Of a stretch of DNA of 64,000 nt, positions 1 through 9,554 are shown in pieces (the stretch's first letter is position 1; the number at the start of each line of letters is the position of its first letter). Origin of the DNA: Armatimonadota bacterium. Lineage in GTDB: Bacteria; Armatimonadota; Fimbriimonadia; Fimbriimonadales; GBS-DC. Position numbers and translations under genes: made by a program. Below the pieces are notes generated by a model. The model saw only the letters and a program-made list of their open reading frames with translations. It had not been told where the DNA came from and did not search any database. Where the stretch lies: the NCBI GenBank assembly GCA_037445735.1, contig JBBIJY010000001.1, positions 63,883 to 127,882 on the forward strand, in the 5' to 3' direction.

Positions 1-372
1 GCTGAACGGTTGCGAAAAATCGGTATGCACCACCTCATGCTCAAACAGCGTATGAACCGTGCGCGTGAAATCGAGAAAATCGCTGAGAATCACGAGCGTG
101 CCAGGGACCCAATCAGGGCGCAGGGAGCCGACGGCAGCCGTTGCCAGCACCGCCTGCACCCCCTGCTCCCGCAACAGTTGCACATGGCGACGATGGTCAA
201 TCTGGTGCGGAGGCACACGATGCCCCTTGCTGTGGCGCGGCAACAACAGCACCGGGCAACCCTCCAGCTGACCGTGCAGCAGATAGACCTCACCTGGCAA
301 TGCCTGCTCCTGCTGCAACACAAAGCCCGGCAGCTGCTGCACGCCGGTGCCACCGATGATCGCGGCTTTCAT
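1..372 (-). CDS. mtnP: 5'-methylthioadenosine / purine nucleoside phosphorylase family protein, N-terminal 124 codons (3' end outside window)
   Basis: Own minus-strand translation from ATG (rc of cat at 370-372): MKAAIIGGTGVQQLPG...LLLPRHSKGHRVPPHQIDHRRHVQLLREQGVQAVLATAAVGSLRPDWVPGTLVILSDFLDFT. The IIGGTG, RH-x-GH..P and A-GSL..PG motifs are typical of the MTAP/PNP family. Not in the ORF track because no stop lies inside the window. Confidence 0.65.
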   Translation of the reverse strand, partial: MKAAIIGGTGVQQLPGFVLQQEQALPGEVYLLHGQLEGCPVLLLPRHSKGHRVPPHQIDHRRHVQLLREQGVQAVLATAAVGSLRPDWVPGTLVILSDFLDFTRTVHTLFEHEVVHTDFSQPFS

Positions 373-440
373 CGCCGGTGCAACTGCCCTGCCGTACCCG
401 ATTGACCGCGCAATTGGCGCGTCGATGGAGCCAGCGGCTC

Positions 441-1136
441 CTATTCAGAGCGGCGCTTGCGCCCGCGCCGCGCCGGTGCTGCCTCCGCTCTGGGCTGCTG
501 CGCCTCTTCGGCTTTCGCCTGCGCCTCGTACGCTTTCTGGATGCTCAGGCGCACCAGCTCAGCGACCCGATTGAGTTCGGTGACGCTGGCTGCACGCGCC
601 GCTTCGGGACGCACCGCCACCTCCAGCCACGGCGTGACCATGAAGCGATGCCACTCTTCAGGCGTCGGGTAGGGCGATCCCGTGGGGCGTGGCGCAGCAA
701 CGGCATAAGCGGGCGCCGGCGCCTCCGCCACCAGCGCCTTCGCCGCCTCGCCCATCCGCTGCACCAGCTCCTTCTCCGAGCGGCTCTCCAGCACCGACTC
801 AATCAGCCCCTCAATCTCCTCCACGCTCTTGTTCTCAATCATCCGCTGCACCGCCCGCAGCGGAATGTATTGAGACTGAAGCACCTTGAGCGCGACCAGC
901 TGCAGCAGATGGTGGTAGTCATACAGCACCCGATTGCCCATCCGCTTGCTGGGCGGGTCAATGAGCCGGTTCGCCGCATAGAAGCGCACAGTCCGCACAT
1001 CCGGGAAGGTCACCACCTTGTAGCGCGGCTGCACAGGAGCCCACTGCTCGAGCAGACTATTGGCAACCGCCACCAGCTCCTCGATCGTAAAGTACTCCTG
1101 CTGCCGATACTGCCTCAGCATGTCGATGGGTCTCAT
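441..1136 (-). CDS. MerR-family-like transcriptional regulator
   Basis: Internal ATG (M111) of ORF 441..1466. The N-terminus (FTIEELVAVANSLL...VRTVRFYAANRLIDPP...RVLYDYHHLLQLVALKVLQS) resembles a MerR HTH plus dimerisation helix; the C-terminal tail is Ala/Glu-rich. The longer ORF start would run through the divergent M23 peptidase gene start at 1259. Confidence 0.55.
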   Translation of the reverse strand: MRPIDMLRQYRQQEYFTIEELVAVANSLLEQWAPVQPRYKVVTFPDVRTVRFYAANRLIDPPSKRMGNRVLYDYHHLLQLVALKVLQSQYIPLRAVQRMIENKSVEEIEGLIESVLESRSEKELVQRMGEAAKALVAEAPAPAYAVAAPRPTGSPYPTPEEWHRFMVTPWLEVAVRPEAARAASVTELNRVAELVRLSIQKAYEAQAKAEEAQQPRAEAAPARRGRKRRSE

Positions 1137-1258
1137 AGTAGCCAGAGTATACCCGATGCATATCACTACCATGCAACGGTTGAACCCTTTTTTGACCGAT
1201 TGGTGCAGTTTCGGGCAGGATTTGGAGCCGCGTTGACGAACGGGTATAGTCAGGGGCA

Positions 1259-2416
1259 ATGTGGACGCGCGCACAGGGATGGTGGCTGCTGATTTGCGCA
1301 GGCGGGCTGCTCCTGCTCTCCCCGCTTGCGCCGCAACCCGATAAAAGCCAGCAGCAGCAGAAACTGCAGCAGGAGCTGAAGAGCCTGCAGGGTCAGATCG
1401 GGCAGCTGCGCTCGCAGCTGCGGCAAAAAAAGCACGAGGAACGCAGGGTGCGCCGCGATCTGGCAACCCTGGACGCCCAGATCGACGCCATCACCCGCCG
1501 CCTGCGCGACACGCGCGACCGCTTAGCCCGTGCCCGCAAGGAACAGCGCCAGCTGGCGAAACGGCTGGCGATCCTCACCGAGCGGCTCCAGCGACGACAG
1601 GCGTTGCTCATCCAGCGCCTGCGCGCCGCCTATAAACACCGCACCATCTCGTACCTGAATGTGCTGCTGGGCGCCAGCAGCATGCGCGAGCTGACCAGCC
1701 GGGGCTATGTGCTGCGCCAGATTGTGAAGACCGACCGCGCACTGCTCGATGCCGTGCGAGCCGACCAGCAGGCGGTCGCAAAAGCAAAGGCGCGAATGGA
1801 CGCACTCGTCGCCGAAATAGCCGGTCTGGAGCGCGACCTGCGGGCGCAGGCGAGCGAACTGCAGCGGGCACATCAGGAAAAACGCGAAACGCTGCGCCAG
1901 ATTGCCAGCGAGCGCGCCCTCTATGAACGGCAATTAGCCGAGCTGGAAGCCGAATCGCAGGCGATTGCCCGCCGCCTGCGCGCACTGATGGAAACCCCCG
2001 CCGGACGCGCCCGCGCCAACCAGCGATGGTCAGGGCGATTCATTCGCCCCGTGAACGGCACCATCACCTCCCGCTACGGTATGCGAGTCCATCCCATCTT
2101 CAAGGTGCGTCGCATGCATAATGGCATCGACTTCTCCGCCCCGCACGGAACCCCAATTGCCGCCGCCGATTCGGGCGTGGTGGTCGAAGCCCGCTACATA
2201 CGCGGCTACGGCAACACCGTGATTATCGATCACGGCGGCGGCGTCGCCACCCTCTATGCACACTGCTCCGCAATCCTGGTCAGCGAAGGACAGACCGTGC
2301 AACGGGGGCAGATCATCGCGCGAGTCGGCAGCACGGGCTACGCCACCGGACCCCATCTCCACTTCGAAGTGCGCATCAACGGCGACCCGGTGAACCCCGC
2401 AGGCTATGGCTTCTAA
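1259..2416 (+). CDS. M23 family metallopeptidase with N-terminal signal anchor and long coiled coil (EnvC-like murein hydrolase activator type)
   Basis: ORF 1259..2416. N-terminal hydrophobic segment, Q/L/R-rich heptad region, and a C-terminal M23 signature (HNGIDFSAPHGTPI...GNTVIIDHGGGVATLYAH...GSTGYATGPHLHFEV). Confidence 0.85.
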   Translation: MWTRAQGWWLLICAGGLLLLSPLAPQPDKSQQQQKLQQELKSLQGQIGQLRSQLRQKKHEERRVRRDLATLDAQIDAITRRLRDTRDRLARARKEQRQLAKRLAILTERLQRRQALLIQRLRAAYKHRTISYLNVLLGASSMRELTSRGYVLRQIVKTDRALLDAVRADQQAVAKAKARMDALVAEIAGLERDLRAQASELQRAHQEKRETLRQIASERALYERQLAELEAESQAIARRLRALMETPAGRARANQRWSGRFIRPVNGTITSRYGMRVHPIFKVRRMHNGIDFSAPHGTPIAAADSGVVVEARYIRGYGNTVIIDHGGGVATLYAHCSAILVSEGQTVQRGQIIARVGSTGYATGPHLHFEVRINGDPVNPAGYGF

Positions 2417-3525
2417 AAGACACCCTCACGAGTCGCCGCAACCAGCCAGTCAACCACGGCGCACAGGTCGCCGCCCGATTCATCATAAATGCGCAGCTGC
2501 CAGTCCGCACTCGTGCCCTCTTTCACGATGCGACGCGCGTGCTTCGCCTCCTCCCAGCAGCCCAGCTGCTCCGCATAAGGGCGAATGAGCGCCAGCAGCT
2601 CCTCCAGCAACTCCTCATAGGGCACGCTCTTGCCGATGCCAAAATCGATCAGCTCGCCCCGCACGCCATGCCGCACCGCCCGCCACTTGTTCTCCCGAAT
2701 CAAATCACGATGATACAGCCGCCAGCTCTGATTGTTGCGCCGCAAATCGTACAGAAACGCCACCAGCGACTGGACCATCGCCACAATGCACACTGCGTCC
2801 TCAATGCGCGTGCACACATCGCAGATGCGGAACTCCAGCGTTTTATAGTGCGGATGCGGGCGCACATCCCACCACACCTTCGTGCGGTCATCAATCGCGC
2901 CCACCCGCTCCAGCGTGCCCATGAAGACATCATAGTCGGCGTAGGAGCGAAAGGCATCGGGAATGCCAGTGCGAGGCAGGGTTTCGAACACCACGCTCCG
3001 ATACGACATCAGCCCCGTGCGCCGACCGTCCCAGAAGGGCGAGCTGACCGAGAGCGCCAGCAAATGCGGCAAAAAATAGCGCACCTGATTGAAAATATCG
3101 ATGGTCAGCTCCAGATCACCGATGCCCACATGCACATGCATGCCGAAAATGAGCAGGCGGCGAGCAATGTCCTGCATGTTCTCTTCCAGCGCCTTGTAGC
3201 GCAGCTTCGGCGTGATGGTCTGATCAATCCAGCGGGAGAAGGGATGTGTGCCCGCGGCCACAATACGCTTACCGTTCGACTCGGCAATCTCGATGAGGGC
3301 GCCGCGCAGCCGACGCAGCTCGTCGCGCACCTGCTGCACAGTCTCGCAGACCTGACTGCCCACCTCGATCTGCGACTGCATGAACTCCTCTTTCACCTGA
3401 TCCTGCAGGCGCACGCGCCCGTCAGGCAAAATCTTGGACACATACGAATCGAGGGCGCGCGTCCCGGCGTCCACAATCTGGTACTCCTCCTCGACGCCCA
3501 GCGTCAACGGTAACCCCTTGAACAT
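2413..3525 (-). CDS. Carboxylate-amine ligase, YbdK / glutamate-cysteine ligase family 2
   Basis: ORF 2413..3525. Motifs LTLGVEEEYQIVD, GTHPFS, FGMHVHVGI and WWDVRPHP are typical of GCS2/YbdK proteins. Confidence 0.85.
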   Translation of the reverse strand: MFKGLPLTLGVEEEYQIVDAGTRALDSYVSKILPDGRVRLQDQVKEEFMQSQIEVGSQVCETVQQVRDELRRLRGALIEIAESNGKRIVAAGTHPFSRWIDQTITPKLRYKALEENMQDIARRLLIFGMHVHVGIGDLELTIDIFNQVRYFLPHLLALSVSSPFWDGRRTGLMSYRSVVFETLPRTGIPDAFRSYADYDVFMGTLERVGAIDDRTKVWWDVRPHPHYKTLEFRICDVCTRIEDAVCIVAMVQSLVAFLYDLRRNNQSWRLYHRDLIRENKWRAVRHGVRGELIDFGIGKSVPYEELLEELLALIRPYAEQLGCWEEAKHARRIVKEGTSADWQLRIYDESGGDLCAVVDWLVAATREGVF

Positions 3526-3587
3526 ACACGCTCACCAGCGAAAAGATTCGCCCACCAGCGCGTGTTGTCCTGCCTGTGTGGCTATCC

Positions 3588-4445
3588 CTACGCGGCAACA
3601 ACCTGCCGCATGGCAGCGACCGCCTCGAAGACACGCGCAAGAATGACTTCGCGGGTCTCGTCAGGCAGGCAAATCAGCTGCTCGGCTTCGGAAGGGATCG
3701 GTGGTAGAGCAAAGCCCTGATCGCTGCGGCTCTGTTGATAGCTCCACTGGTCTGCTACCATCAGGCAAGCCGTCGGTATGCGGAGGTCGCCATCGGGCAG
3801 AGCGGGTGCATGATGATTGCCGATAAGATGCACCAGCAACGGAGGCAGCTGCCAGCCGTCGGCAATCAGCGCGCCCACCTCCGCGTGATCCATGCCCAGC
3901 ATCGCGCCCTCCACCTCATGACGGGTTCGCTGTGCATCCGCCGCGCGCAACACCTGCTGATACTCTCTGGGGAAACGAGTGTGCAAAAACAGGATGCCGA
4001 TGTCGTGTAAAAGCCCCGCCATAAAGGCGTTCTCCGCCTGACGGATGCATCGCCCCTGCGCCAGCGCGATTTCGCGGGCAATCCCGGCGCAGGCGAACGA
4101 ATGCTCCCACAGCTCCAGCTCCAGCGGGCTGGGCACCCGACCGTGGCGCAGCGCCATAAACGCCGACACGCCAAGCACCAGATTCTTGACCGTGTGGAAG
4201 CCCAGCACAATCACTGCCTGCTTCACCGTGCTGATGGTGCGCGTCAGCCCGTAATAAGCGGAGTTCGCCAGATGTAGCACCTTCACCGTGAGGGCGGGAT
4301 CGGTTGTGATGAGGCGCTCTACCTGCTCAGCGGTCGCGTTCTCGCTCTCCACCAGCTCGACCAGCTGCGTCACCAGCCCTGGCAGCGCGGGCAGCTCGTG
4401 AATCGCGCGCTCAATGTCCCTGCGCACATCACTCGCCATAATCAT
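3588..4445 (-). CDS. HDOD domain-containing signalling protein (intact copy)
   Basis: ORF 3588..4445. LPALPGLVTQLVELVESENATAEQVERLITTDPALTVKVLHLANSAYYGL followed by an HD-like region (LLHDIG, GMDHAEVGA, GNHH). The duplication unit starts inside this gene at 4124. Confidence 0.8.
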   Translation of the reverse strand: MIMASDVRRDIERAIHELPALPGLVTQLVELVESENATAEQVERLITTDPALTVKVLHLANSAYYGLTRTISTVKQAVIVLGFHTVKNLVLGVSAFMALRHGRVPSPLELELWEHSFACAGIAREIALAQGRCIRQAENAFMAGLLHDIGILFLHTRFPREYQQVLRAADAQRTRHEVEGAMLGMDHAEVGALIADGWQLPPLLVHLIGNHHAPALPDGDLRIPTACLMVADQWSYQQSRSDQGFALPPIPSEAEQLICLPDETREVILARVFEAVAAMRQVVAA

Positions 4446-4548
4446 AGTGCCCCGATGTATGATGCAGATTCAGGGCTATTATCGGACGGTTGCGGGATTC
4501 TCTGCAGGGCGGCGGTCATTCCCTCTTGACTGGCTCCTGCGCAAAATG

Positions 4549-4557
4549 TGGTATAAT
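4549..4557 (+). promoter_or_regulatory. Putative extended -10 element (TGgTATAAT) for the secreted PPC/dockerin gene; repeated at 7453..7461
   Basis: tggtataat at 4549-4557, about 34 nt upstream of ATG 4591, which is preceded by AGGAGG at 4581-4586. The nearest TTGACT (4526-4531) is 20 nt away, so the -35 assignment is weak. Confidence 0.4.
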
Positions 4558-4590
4558 AGAGGTGCGGCTGAGGCCGCGAAAGGAGGTTCG

Positions 4591-6486
4591 ATGATGCAAC
4601 GCAATGGCTGGTTTCGCTGGATGGGGCTGATCAGCATCGCCCTCTGTGTGAGCGCGCCGATGCTGGCGCAGAAGGGGGTACCGTCTCCCAAAGACCAGTT
4701 CGACAAGCCGCGTCCGACGCTCATCGTGGAACCGGTGAATGTCGGTCCGCGCAACCCGGCTCTCTATGCTCCCTATAACGGGGGCGATTTCTCCCCGGCA
4801 AGCGGCGATGTGGTTGTCGTCGATGTAACGGGCACACCCAGCTATGATAGCGCGGGTGCATCGTGCAATGTGCGGCTCACTATCCCCGCACCCGCTGGTA
4901 GAGATAACTTCAACGGCATCGGCTGGGATGTGTGTCTGACGGCAACCTCACCCAGCTGGCGCTGCGAAATCGCCGTGCTGATCACCAATGTGAACGGCGA
5001 AGGCTATATTCTGCGACCGGGCGCTGTTGATTGCTCCGCTGGCTCCGGTTGCTACTCCAGCGGCGCCGTGAACAAGCTGTGCGATGTGTACGGCTTCCCC
5101 GATCTGCCGCTACCCGACGGCAATCTCTACCTGGAGTTCTTCGAAACCTTTGATGACTTCGGTGGCTGCGGGCAGGACGGCAACTGGGACAGCGGCACGC
5201 TCTCCCTGCAGTTTGGTACCACCCCGCCATTCACGGGCTGGGACGAGGCAGTCAACGGTGGTGGAGACGCTGGTGATACCCCTGAAACCGCTCAGAGCAC
5301 TGGCAGCGGCGCGCTGACCGCCATTCGGGGCGATCTGGAAGCCGACGGCGTGGATATGTACGCTATCTACATTTCCGATCCCGCCCTCTTCAGCGCATCG
5401 CTCCGCTGCGGCGCCCTGTTCGACACCCAGCTCTTCCTGTTCGACGCGAACGGCAAGGGTGTGGTGCACAACGACGACACCTTCGGGCTGATCTCTTACA
5501 TCGATAACTCCACCTTCTGTATTCCAGGTCCGGGTGTCTACTACCTTGCCGTGAGCCGATATAACCGCGACCCGGTGGGCTGTGGTGGTGGGCTCATCTG
5601 GAACAACACACCCTTCACAGAAATCCGTTGTCCCGATGGTCCCGAATCGACCTCGCGCGTGTCAGGCTGGTCGGGCTCTACAGGCGCCGCTGGCACCTAC
5701 ACCATCGTCCTGCAGGGCGCCGAGGGCGCCAGTGCGGGTGATCCCGACGATTGTCCGCCACCACCGATCGATCGCTGGGACGAGACCGCTAACGGCGGCG
5801 GCGATGCGGGCGATCTGCCCTCCACCGCGCAGGCTGTTTCGCGACCCGAAGCAGAACCCTGCGCAACGGCGGTCACACGCATCACGGGCAACCGAGCAAG
5901 CACCACCGACGCCGACATGTACATCATCTGCATCACCGACCCGAACAGCTTCGTCGCCAGCACGGTGGGCGGCGCGGGCTTCGATACCCAGCTGTTCCTG
6001 TTCAAGTGCGACGGCACGGGCGTGGTGCATAACGACGACTCCAGCGCAACTGTCCAATCCCAGATCGACAACTCCACAGGCTGTATCACCGAGCCGGGCA
6101 CCTACCTGCTGGCAATCACGGGCTACAACCAGGATCCGGTCGACGCCGGCGGGCAGCTCATCTGGAACAACACGCCCTTCGGTGAGGTGCGCTGTCCCGA
6201 TGGTCCGGGCGCAGGAAACCCGATAGCAGGCTGGACAGGTGATGGCGACTCCGGTATCTACACCATCCAGCTGCAGGGCGCCTACTTTGTCAGCCCGGCA
6301 GGCTGCGTACCTGGCTGTCAGGGCGATGTGAACAGGGATGGCGTGGTGGATGACGCCGACCTGTTAGCTGTGCTGTTCGCCTTCGGCAACTTCTGCTCGG
6401 GTTGCCCCGAGGACCTGAACGGCGACAACATGGTCGACGACGCCGACCTGCTGATCGTGCTGTTCAACTTCGGCTGCGGCGGCTAA
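4591..6486 (+). CDS. Secreted protein: signal peptide, N-terminal domain, two ~165-aa PPC (pre-peptidase C-terminal)-like repeats, C-terminal dockerin-type double EF-hand (copy 1)
   Basis: In-frame ATG at 4591 with AGGAGG 5 nt upstream. Signal peptide [27 protein letters not shown]. Internal repeats [13 protein letters not shown]...DMYAIYI...FDTQLFLFD and [13 protein letters not shown]...DMYIICI...[10 protein letters not shown]-terminus [21 protein letters not shown]...[21 protein letters not shown]. Confidence 0.8.
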   Translation: MMQRNGWFRWMGLISIALCVSAPMLAQKGVPSPKDQFDKPRPTLIVEPVNVGPRNPALYAPYNGGDFSPASGDVVVVDVTGTPSYDSAGASCNVRLTIPAPAGRDNFNGIGWDVCLTATSPSWRCEIAVLITNVNGEGYILRPGAVDCSAGSGCYSSGAVNKLCDVYGFPDLPLPDGNLYLEFFETFDDFGGCGQDGNWDSGTLSLQFGTTPPFTGWDEAVNGGGDAGDTPETAQSTGSGALTAIRGDLEADGVDMYAIYISDPALFSASLRCGALFDTQLFLFDANGKGVVHNDDTFGLISYIDNSTFCIPGPGVYYLAVSRYNRDPVGCGGGLIWNNTPFTEIRCPDGPESTSRVSGWSGSTGAAGTYTIVLQGAEGASAGDPDDCPPPPIDRWDETANGGGDAGDLPSTAQAVSRPEAEPCATAVTRITGNRASTTDADMYIICITDPNSFVASTVGGAGFDTQLFLFKCDGTGVVHNDDSSATVQSQIDNSTGCITEPGTYLLAITGYNQDPVDAGGQLIWNNTPFGEVRCPDGPGAGNPIAGWTGDGDSGIYTIQLQGAYFVSPAGCVPGCQGDVNRDGVVDDADLLAVLFAFGNFCSGCPEDLNGDNMVDDADLLIVLFNFGCGG

Positions 6487-6531
6487 GCCCTCACCCTCTG
6501 CCCCCTCTCCCACGCTGTGGGAGAGGGGGGG
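6487..6531. repeat. GC-rich palindromic element (box GCCCTCACCC plus 13-bp-stem hairpin), directly after the stop codon
   Basis: gccctcaccc tctg ccccctctcccac-gct-gtgggagaggggg. It begins 1 nt after the TAA at 6484-6486. Candidate terminator, but no clean T-tract follows. Confidence 0.75.
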
Positions 6532-6650
6532 TATTCTGGCACAAAGGTTGCTGCATTTCAAGTATCACTGAGCAGAGCCGCTCCTTCCCCAACGGCGCGT
6601 TTCGGTTCCTACGCTTATCTGGCAACACCCTTCACAGGGAGGCACAGGCA

Positions 6651-7027
6651 ATGATCGTTGTGATGCAACCGGGGGCAACCCCCGAACAGGTTCGCGATGT
6701 GGAAGAGCGACTGCGCCAGTTCGGGTTCGACATCCACCCGATCTATGGCGTGGAGCGCACCGTGATCGCGGCAGTCGGCGCACCCGAACTGGACCGCAAC
6801 GAAGCCAAAGAACAGCTCGAATCGCTGCCATGGGTGGAACAGGTCACCCTGGTGCTGAAGCCCTACAAGTTTGTCTCAAAAAAGTTTCGCGAACGCACGA
6901 TTGTGGAGGTGAACGGACTGCCGATAGGGGGCGAGCTGTTCGTGGTGATGGCAGGTCCCTGCACGGTGGAGAGCGAGGAACAACTCCTCAAAACGGCGCA
7001 GGCGGTGCATCAGGCGGGCGCCCACAT
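6651..7027 (+). pseudogene. Truncated 5' fragment of DAHP synthase (first ~125 codons) ending at the duplication junction
   Basis: Identical to 9555..9931 ([21 protein letters not shown]...[24 protein letters not shown]). After 7027 the frame reads antisense HDOD sequence (ORF 6402..7181). Confidence 0.75.
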
Positions 7028-7349
7028 GCGGGCTGGGCACCCGACCGTGGCGCAGCGCCATAAACGCCGACACGCCAAGCACCAGATTCTTGACCGTGTG
7101 GAAGCCCAGCACAATCACTGCCTGCTTCACCGTGCTGATGGTGCGCGTCAGCCCGTAATAAGCGGAGTTCGCCAGATGTAGCACCTTCACCGTGAGGGCG
7201 GGATCGGTTGTGATGAGGCGCTCTACCTGCTCAGCGGTCGCGTTCTCGCTCTCCACCAGCTCGACCAGCTGCGTCACCAGCCCTGGCAGCGCGGGCAGCT
7301 CGTGAATCGCGCGCTCAATGTCCCTGCGCACATCACTCGCCATAATCAT
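7028..7349 (-). pseudogene. Truncated 5' fragment of the HDOD gene (first ~107 codons) ending at the duplication junction
   Basis: ORF 6876..7349 begins with the same MIMASDVRRDIERAIHELPALPG...FMALRHGRVPSP as 3588..4445, then continues into antisense aroF sequence. Confidence 0.75.
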
Positions 7350-7494
7350 AGTGCCCCGATGTATGATGCAGATTCAGGGCTATTATCGGACGGTTGCGGG
7401 ATTCTCTGCAGGGCGGCGGTCATTCCCTCTTGACTGGCTCCTGCGCAAAATGTGGTATAATAGAGGTGCGGCTGAGGCCGCGAAAGGAGGTTCG

Positions 7495-9390
7495 ATGATG
7501 CAACGCAATGGCTGGTTTCGCTGGATGGGGCTGATCAGCATCGCCCTCTGTGTGAGCGCGCCGATGCTGGCGCAGAAGGGGGTACCGTCTCCCAAAGACC
7601 AGTTCGACAAGCCGCGTCCGACGCTCATCGTGGAACCGGTGAATGTCGGTCCGCGCAACCCGGCTCTCTATGCTCCCTATAACGGGGGCGATTTCTCCCC
7701 GGCAAGCGGCGATGTGGTTGTCGTCGATGTAACGGGCACACCCAGCTATGATAGCGCGGGTGCATCGTGCAATGTGCGGCTCACTATCCCCGCACCCGCT
7801 GGTAGAGATAACTTCAACGGCATCGGCTGGGATGTGTGTCTGACGGCAACCTCACCCAGCTGGCGCTGCGAAATCGCCGTGCTGATCACCAATGTGAACG
7901 GCGAAGGCTATATTCTGCGACCGGGCGCTGTTGATTGCTCCGCTGGCTCCGGTTGCTACTCCAGCGGCGCCGTGAACAAGCTGTGCGATGTGTACGGCTT
8001 CCCCGATCTGCCGCTACCCGACGGCAATCTCTACCTGGAGTTCTTCGAAACCTTTGATGACTTCGGTGGCTGCGGGCAGGACGGCAACTGGGACAGCGGC
8101 ACGCTCTCCCTGCAGTTTGGTACCACCCCGCCATTCACGGGCTGGGACGAGGCAGTCAACGGTGGTGGAGACGCTGGTGATACCCCTGAAACCGCTCAGA
8201 GCACTGGCAGCGGCGCGCTGACCGCCATTCGGGGCGATCTGGAAGCCGACGGCGTGGATATGTACGCTATCTACATTTCCGATCCCGCCCTCTTCAGCGC
8301 ATCGCTCCGCTGCGGCGCCCTGTTCGACACCCAGCTCTTCCTGTTCGACGCGAACGGCAAGGGTGTGGTGCACAACGACGACACCTTCGGGCTGATCTCT
8401 TACATCGATAACTCCACCTTCTGTATTCCAGGTCCGGGTGTCTACTACCTTGCCGTGAGCCGATATAACCGCGACCCGGTGGGCTGTGGTGGTGGGCTCA
8501 TCTGGAACAACACACCCTTCACAGAAATCCGTTGTCCCGATGGTCCCGAATCGACCTCGCGCGTGTCAGGCTGGTCGGGCTCTACAGGCGCCGCTGGCAC
8601 CTACACCATCGTCCTGCAGGGCGCCGAGGGCGCCAGTGCGGGTGATCCCGACGATTGTCCGCCACCACCGATCGATCGCTGGGACGAGACCGCTAACGGC
8701 GGCGGCGATGCGGGCGATCTGCCCTCCACCGCGCAGGCTGTTTCGCGACCCGAAGCAGAACCCTGCGCAACGGCGGTCACACGCATCACGGGCAACCGAG
8801 CAAGCACCACCGACGCCGACATGTACATCATCTGCATCACCGACCCGAACAGCTTCGTCGCCAGCACGGTGGGCGGCGCGGGCTTCGATACCCAGCTGTT
8901 CCTGTTCAAGTGCGACGGCACGGGCGTGGTGCATAACGACGACTCCAGCGCAACTGTCCAATCCCAGATCGACAACTCCACAGGCTGTATCACCGAGCCG
9001 GGCACCTACCTGCTGGCAATCACGGGCTACAACCAGGATCCGGTCGACGCCGGCGGGCAGCTCATCTGGAACAACACGCCCTTCGGTGAGGTGCGCTGTC
9101 CCGATGGTCCGGGCGCAGGAAACCCGATAGCAGGCTGGACAGGTGATGGCGACTCCGGTATCTACACCATCCAGCTGCAGGGCGCCTACTTTGTCAGCCC
9201 GGCAGGCTGCGTACCTGGCTGTCAGGGCGATGTGAACAGGGATGGCGTGGTGGATGACGCCGACCTGTTAGCTGTGCTGTTCGCCTTCGGCAACTTCTGC
9301 TCGGGTTGCCCCGAGGACCTGAACGGCGACAACATGGTCGACGACGCCGACCTGCTGATCGTGCTGTTCAACTTCGGCTGCGGCGGCTAA
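7495..9390 (+). CDS. Secreted PPC-repeat / dockerin protein (copy 2, identical to 4591..6486)
   Basis: ORF 7318..9390 has the same 690-aa translation as 4414..6486; same start reasoning shifted by +2904. Confidence 0.8.
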   Translation: MMQRNGWFRWMGLISIALCVSAPMLAQKGVPSPKDQFDKPRPTLIVEPVNVGPRNPALYAPYNGGDFSPASGDVVVVDVTGTPSYDSAGASCNVRLTIPAPAGRDNFNGIGWDVCLTATSPSWRCEIAVLITNVNGEGYILRPGAVDCSAGSGCYSSGAVNKLCDVYGFPDLPLPDGNLYLEFFETFDDFGGCGQDGNWDSGTLSLQFGTTPPFTGWDEAVNGGGDAGDTPETAQSTGSGALTAIRGDLEADGVDMYAIYISDPALFSASLRCGALFDTQLFLFDANGKGVVHNDDTFGLISYIDNSTFCIPGPGVYYLAVSRYNRDPVGCGGGLIWNNTPFTEIRCPDGPESTSRVSGWSGSTGAAGTYTIVLQGAEGASAGDPDDCPPPPIDRWDETANGGGDAGDLPSTAQAVSRPEAEPCATAVTRITGNRASTTDADMYIICITDPNSFVASTVGGAGFDTQLFLFKCDGTGVVHNDDSSATVQSQIDNSTGCITEPGTYLLAITGYNQDPVDAGGQLIWNNTPFGEVRCPDGPGAGNPIAGWTGDGDSGIYTIQLQGAYFVSPAGCVPGCQGDVNRDGVVDDADLLAVLFAFGNFCSGCPEDLNGDNMVDDADLLIVLFNFGCGG

Positions 9391-9435
9391 GCCCTCACCC
9401 TCTGCCCCCTCTCCCACGCTGTGGGAGAGGGGGGG
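9391..9435. repeat. GC-rich palindromic element (duplicate of 6487..6531)
   Basis: Lies within duplication copy 2; identical sequence. Confidence 0.75.
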
Positions 9436-9554
9436 TATTCTGGCACAAAGGTTGCTGCATTTCAAGTATCACTGAGCAGAGCCGCTCCTTCCCCAACGGC
9501 GCGTTTCGGTTCCTACGCTTATCTGGCAACACCCTTCACAGGGAGGCACAGGCA

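Larger units (their letters stand above)
4124..7027. repeat. Tandem duplication unit, copy 1 (2,904 bp)
   Basis: Every ORF in 4414..7027 recurs at +2904 with an identical translation. Boundaries checked by eye: 4124-4130 equals 7028-7034 but 4123 (a) differs from 7027 (t); 7021-7027 equals 9925-9931 but 7028 (g) differs from 9932 (c). Confidence 0.95.

Noticed and set aside
10-405. 131-aa plus-strand ORF at the left edge
   Set aside because: The opposite strand encodes a clear MTAP/PNP-family N-terminus starting at 372, and the plus-strand product has no motifs.
6325-6483. Dockerin modules as evidence of a cellulosome
   Set aside because: The window contains no cohesin-bearing scaffoldin and no glycoside hydrolase catalytic domains. 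Dockerin-like EF-hand pairs occur widely outside cellulosomes.
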